A stretch of 63,904 nucleotides of DNA, filler included, from Bigelowiella natans CCMP2755 (GCA_000320545.1; 9 parts of 9 records of this genome joined end to end with filler, not necessarily neighbours in it); one strand, 5' to 3'. Numbered from the whole stretch's first letter, positions 52,546 to 63,904 are shown. Translations and numbers: made by a program. The notes: a model not told the origin generated them from the sequence alone.

Positions 52546-54225
52546 GAGAGCCGTAATACAAAGACTAATCGTCCGATTTACTACCCCTCTCCCTCTGACT
52601 GAATTCTCAATCTCGCCGTTATTCACGACGACTCACCATCGCTTCTATACGGTCACACACGACATGCATGCGTGCACTAATCTACTCCATCAGGAATGAT
52701 TTTGATGAGAGCCCCCCCCCCCCCCTCCCACTCAAACCCTAGTCACCTGAAACTCAGGGTGTGATTTGAGAAATTGCAGCCCTGGGTGCCTATCCCCAAC
52801 CTTTAACAGAAAGAACGATGTAACAATTGTGATGATGACAAGGGAGCGTGGGGACAAGCAGACACAGAATCTAGAGAATGAAGGGTTTGCTCATATCATC
52901 ATCGTCGTCATCATCATCATCATCACCACCTACCATCATCATATTTGATATCGCTCTACTACATCGTGCAGTGTCGTCAGCAGCGAGGAGTCAAGGGATG
53001 ATGACGAGTGCGATCTAACTACGAGAGATGGGGGGGGGCGGCGGGCTAGTACCTCGTCAACCAGGGGCGAGAAGCTGTCGCGCGTGAGAAAGCGCCTTCC
53101 GTCTTTCTCCGTGGAGTTCAGGAGGCGGAAAAGACGCGTGGCGGTATCAAATTTCTGCAGATGCGCGGTGTAGTAGTCGTGGAACATCGCCATTGTGACC
53201 CTACCGGTTTTTTTCTCGTCAATCCGATTGAAAAGCACCGCATTGCAGTACGACGACATCCCACAGAAGGACGTCGTAATCGAGAAGAAATCCTCCTCCT
53301 GAAAAAACAACGTAACATCGTCCCCAGATTATCGTTTCTCTCTTCCCCACAGTGCAACAACTACCAACGATTGCTGTTACCGTGAGACCGCCGTCGTCGT
53401 GGTTTTTGAAGAAGCTCTTCATTGTGATAGTGTCGCGTCGGTTCGTTTGTGGTGATATGGGCGGTCCCTCTGGGAAGTAAAACTGTTTAATCTTACTGCC
53501 CCTGAAGGAATATAGGCACAGCGTGTGATGAGAGGAGGAGGAGGGGGGGGGGGAGGGGGGGGGACGGCTAGGGGTGATAGAAGCTTTTTGCAGATAAAAA
53601 TGTTGTTGCGATTGATTTGTGAGAGAATGCACTAACTAGTTTGTCAATATTGGAAAACTCTGCCCTTCGTGAAAGATGTATATGTCGCTGCCACCTTCGC
53701 ATCCCCTTGAAGTCTGGAGAGGAGCGCCGAGACGATGCTCTCGAAGACGTGGGGGATCTTGGCACGTTTAGAGGTGTGCGCAGGTTGTTGCGCGAGGGAA
53801 TCTGTGCAATGTACGCATAATCCAAAGCGGCAGTTTTGAATATGGATACCACAGTTTATAAAGGTGCATGTAAAAAAAAAAAAAAATTATACATATGGCA
53901 TCCTTTATATTTATATCATCGTCATCCTACGTTAGTTTATTTATTCATCGTATCGGATATCTATGTGTTGCTGTTGGGGATGATGCGTGATCGATATTTG
54001 AAACTATGGGTGTTCTTATATAAAATGCACGAGAACAACCCGTAAAGAGTCCATGCTACTGCTGCTGCTAGCAACTGTCAAGTCGAAGTTTTTGTTCTGG
54101 TTTTCCTTTTCTGCCTGGCCATCAGTATTGCGGAGGGAGCGGAGCTTCGAGCGGACGAGCAGCCCTGTCCCCGGAAGGGATAGGAATTGCATGAAGAGAT
54201 TTTGAATGATGGGTTGTTCCTCCAT
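51420..54225 (-). CDS. PPP2R3: Protein phosphatase 2A regulatory subunit B'' (PPP2R3 family, EF-hand); 3' truncated
   Basis: [77 protein letters not shown]. Confidence 0.95.
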
Positions 54226-54599
54226 TGTCGACGACGGAGGAGGAAGAGGAGACCAAAGTGGAGAGTCTCTTTCCTTCTCCCTTTTCTTATCTCCCGCTAT
54301 TTATTTCCCCCGTATGTTTCTATAAATATTTTAAGGATAGACATGGATAAGATCTTTCAGAGCACCACTGAATTGAAGAGCGTCTCTCGATTTCGCACGG
54401 GCGGGATGATGAGTTTTGCATGAATTGGAAAACGAAGTATTATGTCAGGGGAAAATGATTATCCTTATGTTGAAAGCTATGGGAAATTATGGCTCACTCC
54501 AGCCAAGCGGCCAGGGAGACGTAGTTACAGGAACATTTCTACGCTCTCAAAAAAAATGTCAAACCAGGAAGTCATCACTCCGCTCAATACAGGACGAGG

Positions 54600-55515
54600 A
54601 AAAGATTCTTCTTTTTTGAAATGTACTACTCTTGGAAATTTTGATTTGGTTCTTGAACAGAAGATTTTGGTTGGCTAAATCGGAAGAGGGGGGGAACCTT
54701 AAACCCTTCTCCAAACACCCACCAAGGGTGAGTACCGCCGACAGTAGAGGCTTTGCAATGAGGCCTCCCAATTTCTTCCATGAGACATCTATTATGAGTT
54801 GTCGCGCAAGAATATCCTCCAACAATTACCACCCATCGAGTTGAGAGCATATTTTCCTACAGAGATATAAGGCCAGTGAATTTTATATCAGCGACTACAT
54901 TTAGTTGATAAATCTTTTTAGGCGAAACGTAGCCTGGATGATCGCGGGACTGATCAGCTACATCCTTCAATATTTTCGGTTATTCATAATGTACGACAAC
55001 TTTTATTTCATGTCGCATTTTTGCATCAGAATTTCAGGCCAATCCCGCTCGCCAATGCGCCTACTTCGGGGGGGGCTGGAGGCGATCGTTGTGAAAAACC
55101 AGGGCCTTCCGTTACATCAAACCAGGTCTGCTATCTTTTCTGCCGTCCATTCAGAGTTCTTGTGCGGATCGTGAACGAACGAGTGTTTTAGGTACTATCT
55201 CAAACCGATCCATTGGAGCACACAGAAAAGATGGCTCTCACGCCAGACGCCACCTCCACGCCACGAAATGATATCCACCAACAGTGTCAGCACCACGGGC
55301 GAAGGTATATCCAAATTGACGACATATATGTAGCCCTTCTCACCGACAAACGAGGCGTTGGGCCTACGCGCGGAAAAATAACATACTCTTCTCCGAATCG
55401 TCAGGTTCGGTGCGGCATCACTTCCTCGCGCCTCTCCTCTCAGCAAAACAGCTCTCGGAGGCCGCGCATGCAGAGTACAGCTTAACTTCTCGACTTTGTC
55501 ATTCGTTGAAGCCAT
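54600..55515 (-). CDS. Small multi-exon hypothetical protein
   Basis: ATG at 55515, probable first intron, then open exon-like segments; no family recognised. Confidence 0.3.
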
Positions 55516-55674
55516 TTCAGAAAGCTAACAGTGTTTTTTATTCGCCAATTCTATCTATCCCCCATCCCAGGTTTGCAATGATGTGCCGGTCGGACTATGT
55601 AGATTATAACCAAAAGTTAGTGTGGTCAGCTGGAGGACACGGAGATCGCAAAGTTGTACATATATACAAATGTG

Positions 55675-55753
<79 letters not shown>

Positions 55754-56499
55754 TGTGTGTGTGTGTGTGTGTATACATATCTGGACTAACATTCACATGC
55801 ACAAGCATTGACATATTCCATTCACTTAGATATTAGGGGGCCTGCCCGAGATAGACGGTGACATCGCAAATGAAGCTGTGACGAGAGTAGTATTCTATAT
55901 CGACTATATGATTCTTCTCAATTTTCATTCTTATGATTCTCCTTCATTTCGTTATTTCCGATTTTTATTGTTCACTTGCTCAACTTGGTGCACATTTCCT
56001 CCTCCCCTCACTAGTCGGGACTCGCTTCGGGAGAATGGCGAGATGAAACCGAGGATCACCGACAATGTCGCTACATGTTACTTATTGTGTCTTTAATGCG
56101 TATCTGATATGTCAGTAGTTCTTTTGCCACACAAAGATTAGAGGGTTTTGTTCGGTGATGACATAGCCTGAAGCTTGTGTTAGCAAATGCAAATAAAATC
56201 CAAATAGAGTTGCTCTGGGAAGTAGAGCTAGAAGCTGGGAAGTTTGGCGATTTACCTATCTACTTGGACAGATGTTGTCTCGGAATTCATCCGCGTTAGT
56301 GAAGTGCATCAACGCCAGCTCACTGAACTCTTGGGTACCAGATTTTTGTATGCGTGTGCGCGCGCACGTGTGTGTCATCATGTATACATAACTAGCACCG
56401 ATCACATCCCAGACGTTTTAGCTTTGAAAGCATAAACCAACTCACAGCGCACCGTTCTCCTCCTCGTCCTCCTTCTCGTCCTCCTCCTCCCCATCCTCC

Positions 56500-57820
56500 T
56501 CCTCTACAAAACTCAACTACTAAAATGTAATGGCGCAGTTCAGGAGTCAGGCATGCATCCTAGCGCAGCCGAGTCAGAGCTAGCAGCTGGCTTTGAAATT
56601 GTTTTCGAAAACGCCAAGAATCGCGAGAAGGTGCGTTAGAAGCGTCACCTGATAAAAGAGTACTCGTATTCGCAGCAGAAGTAATGTAGTCAGCTCAACT
56701 ATCTATAACGTATCCCCCCTCCCTTTCCCAATATGATGACTAGACGTGGGCGTTCCCGTCACAGGCCGCCGTGCTTGTCGGTGCCGCGGATTCGGTACGT
56801 CGATGTAGTCTTCGTTGTAGTCGTCGTCGTCGCCATAAGCACATGTGCCCTTCCAAAAATGTCAAAATCACTTAATCATACTTCTGGTAAAAGTGATGGC
56901 ATTAGTATTCGCAGCAGGTAGATGAGGTAGCGGAAGAATTAGCAACCATGGTAGAAATGTTACAACTTTGCCCAAAGAGGTTCGTTTGTGTTTGAATGAT
57001 GCTTTTAGCACAAGAAGCTGTGGGAAGTATTGTCGTGGGTAGCTTGTGGTCATGGAGTCGTACTGCTGCCTCCCGAGTAAGCTATGCAGAACACGAAGAG
57101 ATAATTACATAAACTAAAATCGGAATCCAAAATCTAAGCGAATGTCGATAGCTGCGTGTCCTCGGGGGACTTTAATATATCCCTAGTAGATATTTCTGAT
57201 TTTACAATCTGGTAGTAGCAGTTGCAGCAGTCATAGTAGCAGCAGTAAATTGGAAATGGTTTTGTTCTACTACAAATGATGCCCGCTTAAATTTAAACGC
57301 ACTTATCGGAGTAAAGTATCCGGCAGCGCATTCTGCACCATAAAAAAACCCACAAAAGTTCAGAATTTCGTATCGCATCTCATCTATATGCGTCATGCGT
57401 AAGAAGAAAGTTTTGCAAAATATCCTTTTATCATCATCAACATCATTAACATCACCGGTGCTTATTTGGTGGGCAGGAACCAAGCGCTTGTCAGTCTTGC
57501 TCTCAAGTAAGTCCAACGGGCAATTATAAACGTGCAATGAAGGGGGAATTGAGCAGAGGGAGATCGTATACTGTTAGTTGTCGTTCGAAGGAAGCACGTG
57601 TCATAAAATGGAGAGTTCGGAACTTTGAAAACCATGAAAATCACCCCGCTCTTTGCAATCGATCCGGGGGTTGCATGAACATTATAGACGGCCGCAGACT
57701 TGCTAGCTTGTGCCCTACTGTTGAAAACTTGCTCAGCTGTTCTGATTCTGAGCGACCCAGGAGAAGTACAGCGTCTGACCGAAGGGACGGATGCTGATGG
57801 GATGTTTTGATAAGGTTCAT
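56500..57820 (-). CDS. Multi-exon hypothetical protein
   Basis: Open exon-like segments 57641-57820, 57270-57540 and 56920-57080. Confidence 0.4.
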
Positions 57821-57949
57821 CCTCGAGTACGTTGGGGCACCGAATGGTCTGGCGACGCTGTGCACTTCTTCGAACCGAGAGCTCCTAAATTGGAATTGCG
57901 GAAAGCGGCCAGATGTTGATTTGTTTTGAGTTAAGTCGAAGGGGGGGCT

Positions 57950-58720
57950 GCAGATGGGCATGCATGCACAACAATGATGCTTGGCACTTCAGCGACTGTC
58001 ACTATTATCAATGTGCAGTGATCATGACGAATCGCCAGCAGAAAATTCAATGACAAGTTTCCATTTTGATTCAGCGCGCACGCAGCAACAGGAGCACAAA
58101 CCTGCCTCGTGGCTGAAAGCTTGGCAGCGCGGGGAGTCAACTCACGGGAGTTGGCCACAGAGTTGCGAAATTGCAGCGTCAATTGAACAACACAGTCGAT
58201 CAATTGATGTGCACGCACGTGTATGCACGCGCTAGCGCGGATCATTTCAGGCAACATTGCACGATGGCCAGGTTCATATACACGTTCTCACGCTAGCTAG
58301 CTAGCCATGCATTGCTAGATTGAGATTGCTCCGGCCTGACCAGTCTAGCAGTCCACAGCAGTGGAAGAAAGAAACTGGATGATCAACCACATTTCCAAGT
58401 GTCACATGACACTTGCTAGCTTGCCAAGCACGAAACGCAGTGCCTCGAGCTGAAATTTCAACAAGGACTGAGCATTGAAAAACTGGCTGCGCTGTGATGA
58501 TGAGTCCTGATTGAATTGCCTGACGACTGGCCTCAATTGACTGGCCTGACTGCTTCAACTTTCCGTGTCCAAGCATGCTAGCATGCGCGTCTGCGAGTAG
58601 CAATACCAACTACATGTGCTTGCAGCACAAATCAAATAGACTTGAGTGTCCGCAACGTGTTAATAATAGAGTGTCCATGTTGCATTGATGTTGTGAGTGC
58701 AACATGATGCATCACATCAC
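57950..58720 (-). mobile_element. TA-depleted transposon-like relic, weakly similar to the 23987-24487 relic
   Basis: Tyr-free relic ORFs 57931-58257 and 58301-58609; shared 14-mer AACCACATTTCCAA at 58385 and 24380 (both encode GNVV on the minus strand). Confidence 0.5.
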
Positions 58721-59052
58721 CTCATTATCCTTAATCATGGACTATCTCAAGCGTTGCATGCACGGCGCAAATAGCCGAGATTCATTCATATTCCATTTAT
58801 GCTGCGTGTTGCTTCATTGTGTCCTGTACACGCACAAGCGATAGACAAAATCAACCTACATTTCGAGGGCAATCAATGTGCCTTGTCGGGCATTTGTTCT
58901 AATTAAAATATGCGCCACGCGAAATCGTGCAATGGGTGCTATTCCCCAGAGCGATAAGCTTTTACTACATAGCTATGTCGACTCCTCCGTCCCTACATAG
59001 ACTCTGTGTCTGTATACGTTTTATTCAATACGCGCATACACGTATATAGACT

Positions 59053-59490
59053 TTATGTCTCTATATCCCGTCGGCTTTTCTTCGACTGCTTCTGCTCGCC
59101 ATCAGCATCGTTATTGAAGTTGGCACGGGTCGCATCCCCTCCGTTCACCGCGCTCATTTTGCTTATCTTCTCGTCCTCAGCCGACTTTTGCCCAGAGAGC
59201 ATTGCATGGGCCTTTCTCTTCTTCCAGTCGCCTCTGCTCGAAGTCGTGCCCTTGGAGCTCGGGTTTTTCTTTCTGCTGATGACGGCGAAACATGTTGCAG
59301 CCTCAGAAGAGGCATATGACGACTGAATGCCGCCCGATACGCCGCCACAAAGGGCGAAAGGCTGCTCGCTAAATGACCTGAGAGGGGAGAGGAAGTGTGA
59401 AGAGATCAGCCTGGACGGAACAAAATGCGAAGACACGTCCACGGAAAGTAGCAGCCCGTTGCATTGTGTGGTTGATGGAATACATGTTCA

Positions 59491-59563
<73 letters not shown>

Positions 59564-60017
59564 ACACGACCGCTTAAAAATCAAAATATGCTGAGACAAG
59601 AGGCGCGCATGCCACGACATCGTATATACTAAGTTTCCTATTTCCACTACTACTGTACTACTACTAACACTTTTGCAACAACTCTGATAGCACCAACCAT
59701 AAACTACTACTACCACTACCACTACTATACTCTCTACCCTGTGAAGACTGTTCTCGGGAACACCCTTGAAAGTAGCTTGATTTCATTCTCATGCTGGAGA
59801 AGAAAAAGAATACGTCGTATGGGAAGAACTATACTTTGAGCCCTCCTCTTCTCTCTGTCTACCTATCTCATCATCATCATCATCATCATCATCGTCGTCG
59901 TCGTCGTCATCACATCCTTCTTCTTTTTCTCTTCCTTTCTCACCCCATAGCAAGCAGAAGACGCCGCTCTGAACGGACAGCTAGAAAAGGAATGGGTAAG
60001 AATGGGGGAGGAAGAGA

Positions 60018-60101
<84 letters not shown>

Positions 60102-60177
60102 GAGGGGGGGGGGCAAATCACGTTGAAGAACAAAACCATCATCAATCCCTCATACACAAAATATTTGCCATTCTAAA

Positions 60178-60218
<41 letters not shown>

Positions 60219-61277
60219 AAACCTCATAACAAGGCCAAATACGCTAAGTTTCTGGTCGACGGACCGCCGAAGGTCATTAAGATCCTGAAGAACAAAGATG
60301 AGAACAACAACAATAACAACAATAACAACAACAAAAACAACAACAACAAGAAGAAATCTGTCGGTGAGAGAAATGATGGAGGAATGGACGCGGATGGCAA
60401 GAATGACGACGAGCCAAAAGTGGCGAATAGGCAATCAAATGAAACAAACCAAATAATGGGGAAAAAAATCCAGCAGCGCAACGAGTCGCACGTACGTACC
60501 TTCCTGCACACTTGGGCATCAGGATCTCTCTTCAGGACGCAGAACCTGCCGACGAATCGCCGGGTCTTTGACTCGTTCTGATGTAAAGAAACACAAGAAC
60601 AGGAGGACGGGGGCGGGAGGGGGGGGGGGATGGTAAGAAAAAGTAATTTCCAGGAAGCTCTGAGCTGCCTGCCCTTCGTGTTTATGTGTCCTCATCGTCT
60701 CTCCTCCATTGCTATAACAACAGCAATTGCTACTACTAGTATTATCTTTCTTACCGTGAAGATATTCTTAATAACTTCCGCCTCTTGAGCGGTCTGGACA
60801 TTTAACTCGAGCTCCATTGCTAGCTTCTCCAGAACATGCACGTCCACGAGAGCCCTCCCTTGAAAGAGAGGAAGAAGAAATAATAAAGGAGGAGGAGGAG
60901 GAGGAGGAGGGGGAGAGACAATGGAGCAGAATTAGCAGTCGGAAGAAGACGACCAACGACGAGGACAAGGATGAATTAATATAGATACATTGATGATGAC
61001 GGTGAGGGTCAGCACGGCACTAACAGTTACAGGGGTTTGTGCTTCTCAATGGTAGTAAATAGTTGCGAATTATCGTCCTCCTCCTCCTCCTCAATCCCCA
61101 TACATCTACTACTACTCTTTCTTCAGGTGCTATTAGTGCTTTATCACTGTTGCCAAATTCGCTATCGTCTGGCTTGGCAGTCTCCTCGAATATCCGCAGG
61201 AACGCGCACGGGCTCCATTTCAGCTGCTCCAGCTCCCGGTCAAGAAACTATCGACGACATATGCATAAAATTATAAT

Positions 61278-61325
<48 letters not shown>

Positions 61326-62330
61326 GACACCAGGTGAAAATCGAGGGGAGGGGGAGGTACTTGAGCTGTTCCTTGATATTTGCTTCTCATTTCTCTTCAT
61401 TTTTCTTTCCCCCATTCTCTCTGTCTCTCCCTCCCCCCCCCACATAGTTCACCATCATCATCAGCAGCGACTGCTACTATTACCTCCCATGGGCTGCAGC
61501 GTCGAGATGCTACTCTTGGGTTGGCAGAAAATGTGGAGAGACTGCGATCGCATATGCAGGAGGGAGGGAGAGAGAGAGAGAAAATAACATTCGTGTTCTC
61601 ATCATCATGCCCTTTTTGCGCGTTGATTTTGCGCTGTCACCACGTAGTACATGCTTCAGGGAGAGAGAAAAGGAGGAGGAGGAGGAGGAGAAGAGGAAGA
61701 AGAAGAAGAAGAAGGAGAAGGACGAGTACGTGTCTTGTGACAATTGATGATACAGCCGTATAATACTTTTGGAAGCCATTCTACTACTACTACTAGCACT
61801 GTTGCACAACCTAACTCTGCGCTCTGTCGTACCAGGCAGCAGAATCGCATCTTGGCCAATCTAGTGTGTGTGCGCGTGGGGATTGTTAGAGAGAGAGGGG
61901 GGGGAGAGTGCGTAGGTGGAGGGGGGGATGGACGCATCAGCAGCCTAATAAACTAGGTGACTAATGCCATACACCTCCTCTATGCTTCGGGTCATCTTCA
62001 CTTGCATCTCCACATTGCCAAACAGCGCCAGGCCTGCTATTCCGTCCGCCCTGATTGTTTTGGTGGTGATGATGATGATGATGATGTTTTTGACAATGAT
62101 CATGATGACGACGACGACAATGAAGATTGGCGTGGTAATTGCAATGCTTGCCACAACAGGGGGACAGGCGAAAACGAGCAATACACACACACACACACAC
62201 ACACAACACAACACAACACAACAAACGTCATTTCATCCCGCACACGCGTCTCCACCATATCCATTGTAGTACCTCTCCGCGTTTATGAAGCATCTAAATG
62301 CACGGGCTGGTGAATTGACAGGTGCATGGC
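59053..62330 (-). CDS. FIST N/FIST C domain protein (NosP/FBXO22-like); 5' truncated
   Basis: [29 protein letters not shown]|[20 protein letters not shown]|[19 protein letters not shown]|IY and terminal ATCFAVIS follow the order of FIST motifs (SCxxR, E..., GxY). Confidence 0.62.
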
Positions 62331-62487
62331 GCAGGGCGGGGGGGGGGGGGGAAGAACATAAAAGGGGCGGAAGAAACGGGGGGGGGNNNNNNNNNNNNNN
62401 NNNNNNNNNNNNNNNNNNNNNNNNNNNNNNTTAATTAATTAANNNNNNNNNNNNNNNNNNNNNNNNNNNNNNNNNNNNNNNNNNNNT

Positions 62488-62580
62488 CAAATACTACAAG
62501 CACTACAGATAGACCATACGAACAAGAACATAACGACCGCTTATGATTTGAAGGTCACAGGCAAGTTGGAGCAGGGATAA
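62488..62580 (+). CDS. 3' end of a virus-like ORF, probably paralogous to 62620-63231
   Basis: QILQALQIDHTNKNITTAYDLKVTGKLEQG* resembles LEEYLEIDETDPSNPVVRIKAGVQFEVSGNFIQS*. Confidence 0.6.
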   Translation, partial: QILQALQIDHTNKNITTAYDLKVTGKLEQG

Positions 62581-62619
62581 AATCTTTAAAAATAATTATT
62601 TTCTAAACTATGTTATATA

Positions 62620-63231
62620 ATGTCCGTATCTTCTACCGCACATTTTAGAAATACCGTATTAATAGATGGAGAACTCACAGGTTTAACCATCACCAGGATT
62701 GACACAGAGAAGACCGCTGTGTTAAACTCTTTAAATGCTCACATAACAACTTATAATGACAGCGAGACTGCTAATGCTACAGCAAGAGCAGGATTACAAA
62801 CACAGATAGATGATGCTAATACTGCTACTACACAAGCAATCACCAATTTACAGCAAAATGTTGATGACAATAAAACTGACATTGAAGGCAAACTCGCTAC
62901 TGAAACCAGTGCGAGATTATCCTTAGAAAATGCTCACAACACAAGAAATACCTTTGTGGATGGTGAGATTTCCAGATTAGATGGATTACATACAAACGAT
63001 AGTGCTAGACTCACTCAAATTGAAGGAGAATTAAAAACTCGTGATAATGATATAGACCAGAAAATTGCTGATGCGGTTGTTTTAGAACAGCAAAGATTTG
63101 ATAATCAAGAACCTCGTCTAGCAAAATTAGAAGAGTATTTAGAAATAGATGAAACCGACCCTTCTAATCCAGTTGTGAGAATCAAGGCAGGAGTTCAATT
63201 TGAGGTATCAGGAAATTTCATTCAAAGTTAA
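62620..63231 (+). CDS. Virus-like coiled-coil (fibre-like) protein, 203 aa
   Basis: Intact ORF with heptad-like LQTQID / LATETSARLSLE / ISRLD segments and a short beta-rich C-terminus. Confidence 0.8.
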   Translation: MSVSSTAHFRNTVLIDGELTGLTITRIDTEKTAVLNSLNAHITTYNDSETANATARAGLQTQIDDANTATTQAITNLQQNVDDNKTDIEGKLATETSARLSLENAHNTRNTFVDGEISRLDGLHTNDSARLTQIEGELKTRDNDIDQKIADAVVLEQQRFDNQEPRLAKLEEYLEIDETDPSNPVVRIKAGVQFEVSGNFIQS

Positions 63232-63260
63232 ATTTAATTATATGTATTTATATATTTAAT
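63221..63260 (+). repeat. 40-bp direct repeat; second copy at 63711-63750
   Basis: TTCAAAGTTAAATTTAATTATATGTATTTATATATTTAAT vs TTCAAGGTTAAATTTAATTATGTGTATTTGTATATTTAAT, 37/40 identical. Confidence 0.92.
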
Positions 63261-63333
63261 ATTTTTTCAGATAACCTATATTAAATATATATACGAAAGT
63301 TATTTAAAGAAATAATCTTATATATATACATAT

Positions 63334-63687
63334 ATGAGCAAAGTAAAACAAGACAAAGGATACATTGTAGGATTTGAAATTGGAAAATGGTATGTTTTTT
63401 CAGAAGATGATGATGAAGAATATGTAAAAGCAAAACTAATAAAAATTACTGAAAAAAGTTTCAGCTTTTCTTTCAAAGATGAGAACGGAAATAATAAAAA
63501 AAGAAGAATTAAGCGAATTGATAATTATGGTAATGTCATACCTCTTAAATGGGGTGTCACTTACACCCCTTGGTATTATTTAGGTAAAAAAAAACCATTA
63601 TCAGGATGGTGTAAAAAATGTGATTTATGTGTGTATTCAAAAGGATTTAATACAGAAGAGTGGAATCCTTCTTTTGAATGGTGTTAA
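63334..63687 (+). CDS. Virus-like hypothetical protein, 117 aa, with C-terminal CxxCxxC
   Basis: Intact Lys-rich ORF preceded by TATTTAAAGA and a TATA-rich leader. Confidence 0.75.
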   Translation: MSKVKQDKGYIVGFEIGKWYVFSEDDDEEYVKAKLIKITEKSFSFSFKDENGNNKKRRIKRIDNYGNVIPLKWGVTYTPWYYLGKKKPLSGWCKKCDLCVYSKGFNTEEWNPSFEWC

Positions 63688-63762
63688 TAAATATATTTAA
63701 TATTTTTCCGTTCAAGGTTAAATTTAATTATGTGTATTTGTATATTTAATCTAATATTGATA

Positions 63763-63795
63763 TTCAACCCTTTCAAGACCCTCAAAGGTGTTGAA
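63763..63795 (+). terminator. Putative intergenic hairpin
   Basis: TTCAAC-CCTTT ... AAAGG-T-GTTGAA inverted repeat downstream of the 117-aa ORF. Confidence 0.45.
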
Positions 63796-63811
63796 AATGA
63801 AATCTGGAATA

Positions 63812-63860
63812 AATATATATTTAATATTTTTTTATCTAAACTATATTAAATATATATATG
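63812..63860 (+). promoter_or_regulatory. Putative viral promoter/leader motif TTTT(A)TCTAAACTAT.TTA..TATA-ATG; related copies at ~62598-62622 and ~63250-63295
   Basis: TCTAAACTAT precedes the ATGs at 62620 and 63858; the copy near 63270 ends in ACG instead of ATG. Confidence 0.6.
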
Positions 63861-63904
63861 AGTGCGGCAAATTATTTTACACGATTAAGTGATGGTAGAT
63901 TGAT
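63858..63904 (+). CDS. 5' end of a virus-like ORF (MSAANYFTRLSDGRL...)
   Basis: ATG follows the shared leader motif; frame is open to the window end. Confidence 0.55.
   Translation, partial: MSAANYFTRLSDGRL

Larger units (their letters stand above)
62487..63904. mobile_element. AT-rich, intronless, gene-dense virus-like contig (Polinton-like virus, virophage or NCLDV-like)
   Basis: Abrupt composition change, short co-oriented ORFs, shared AT-rich upstream motifs, no microsatellite introns; no hallmark gene inside the window. Confidence 0.6.

Noticed and set aside
55195-55515. Possible ORMDL/ORM1 (PNASFV resembles PNT.WV)
   Set aside because: Downstream KGTPF and WEQ motifs were not found.
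1-63904. tRNA, rRNA or alternative genetic code
   Set aside because: No recognisable structural RNA by eye. The conserved genes translate normally with the standard code and canonical GT-AG introns.

Overview
The window is nine contigs joined by artificial 100-bp spacers (N44-TTAATTAATTAA-N44), so adjacency across spacers has no biological meaning. Contigs 1-8 are nuclear DNA of an intron-rich unicellular eukaryote with GT-AG introns full of (TA)n, (GA)n, (CA)n and trinucleotide microsatellites. A chlorarachniophyte-like or other secondary-plastid protist is my guess only. Recognisable spliced genes: bacterial-type Rieske ferredoxin, ankyrin/TM protein, WD40 protein, NRS/ER rhamnose-synthesis enzyme, RNase Z-like hydrolase, GRIP golgin, mS45-like mitoribosomal protein, TAPT1/Emp65, XRN2-like exoribonuclease, SIR2-like/ankyrin fusion, plant-type GBP-like protein, PP2A B'' subunit and a FIST-domain protein. 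Contig 9 (62487-63904) is AT-rich, intronless and virus-like. The strongest unexplained signal is in the intergenic transposon relics (about 23.6-24.8, 26.3-27.5 and 58.0-58.7 kb). They have almost lost TA in RTA/TAY contexts while keeping CTAG/TTAA and abundant CpG, and their relic ORFs have no Tyr but many His/Cys. This suggests a repeat-targeted A-to-G hypermutation process running opposite to fungal RIP, which spares an intact gene lying between two converted tracts. Other highlights are an XRN2 with a signal-peptide-like N-terminal extension, a SIR2-like/ankyrin gene, and a duplicated-promoter cassette in the viral contig. All family calls come from manual translation and recalled motifs, not database searches.
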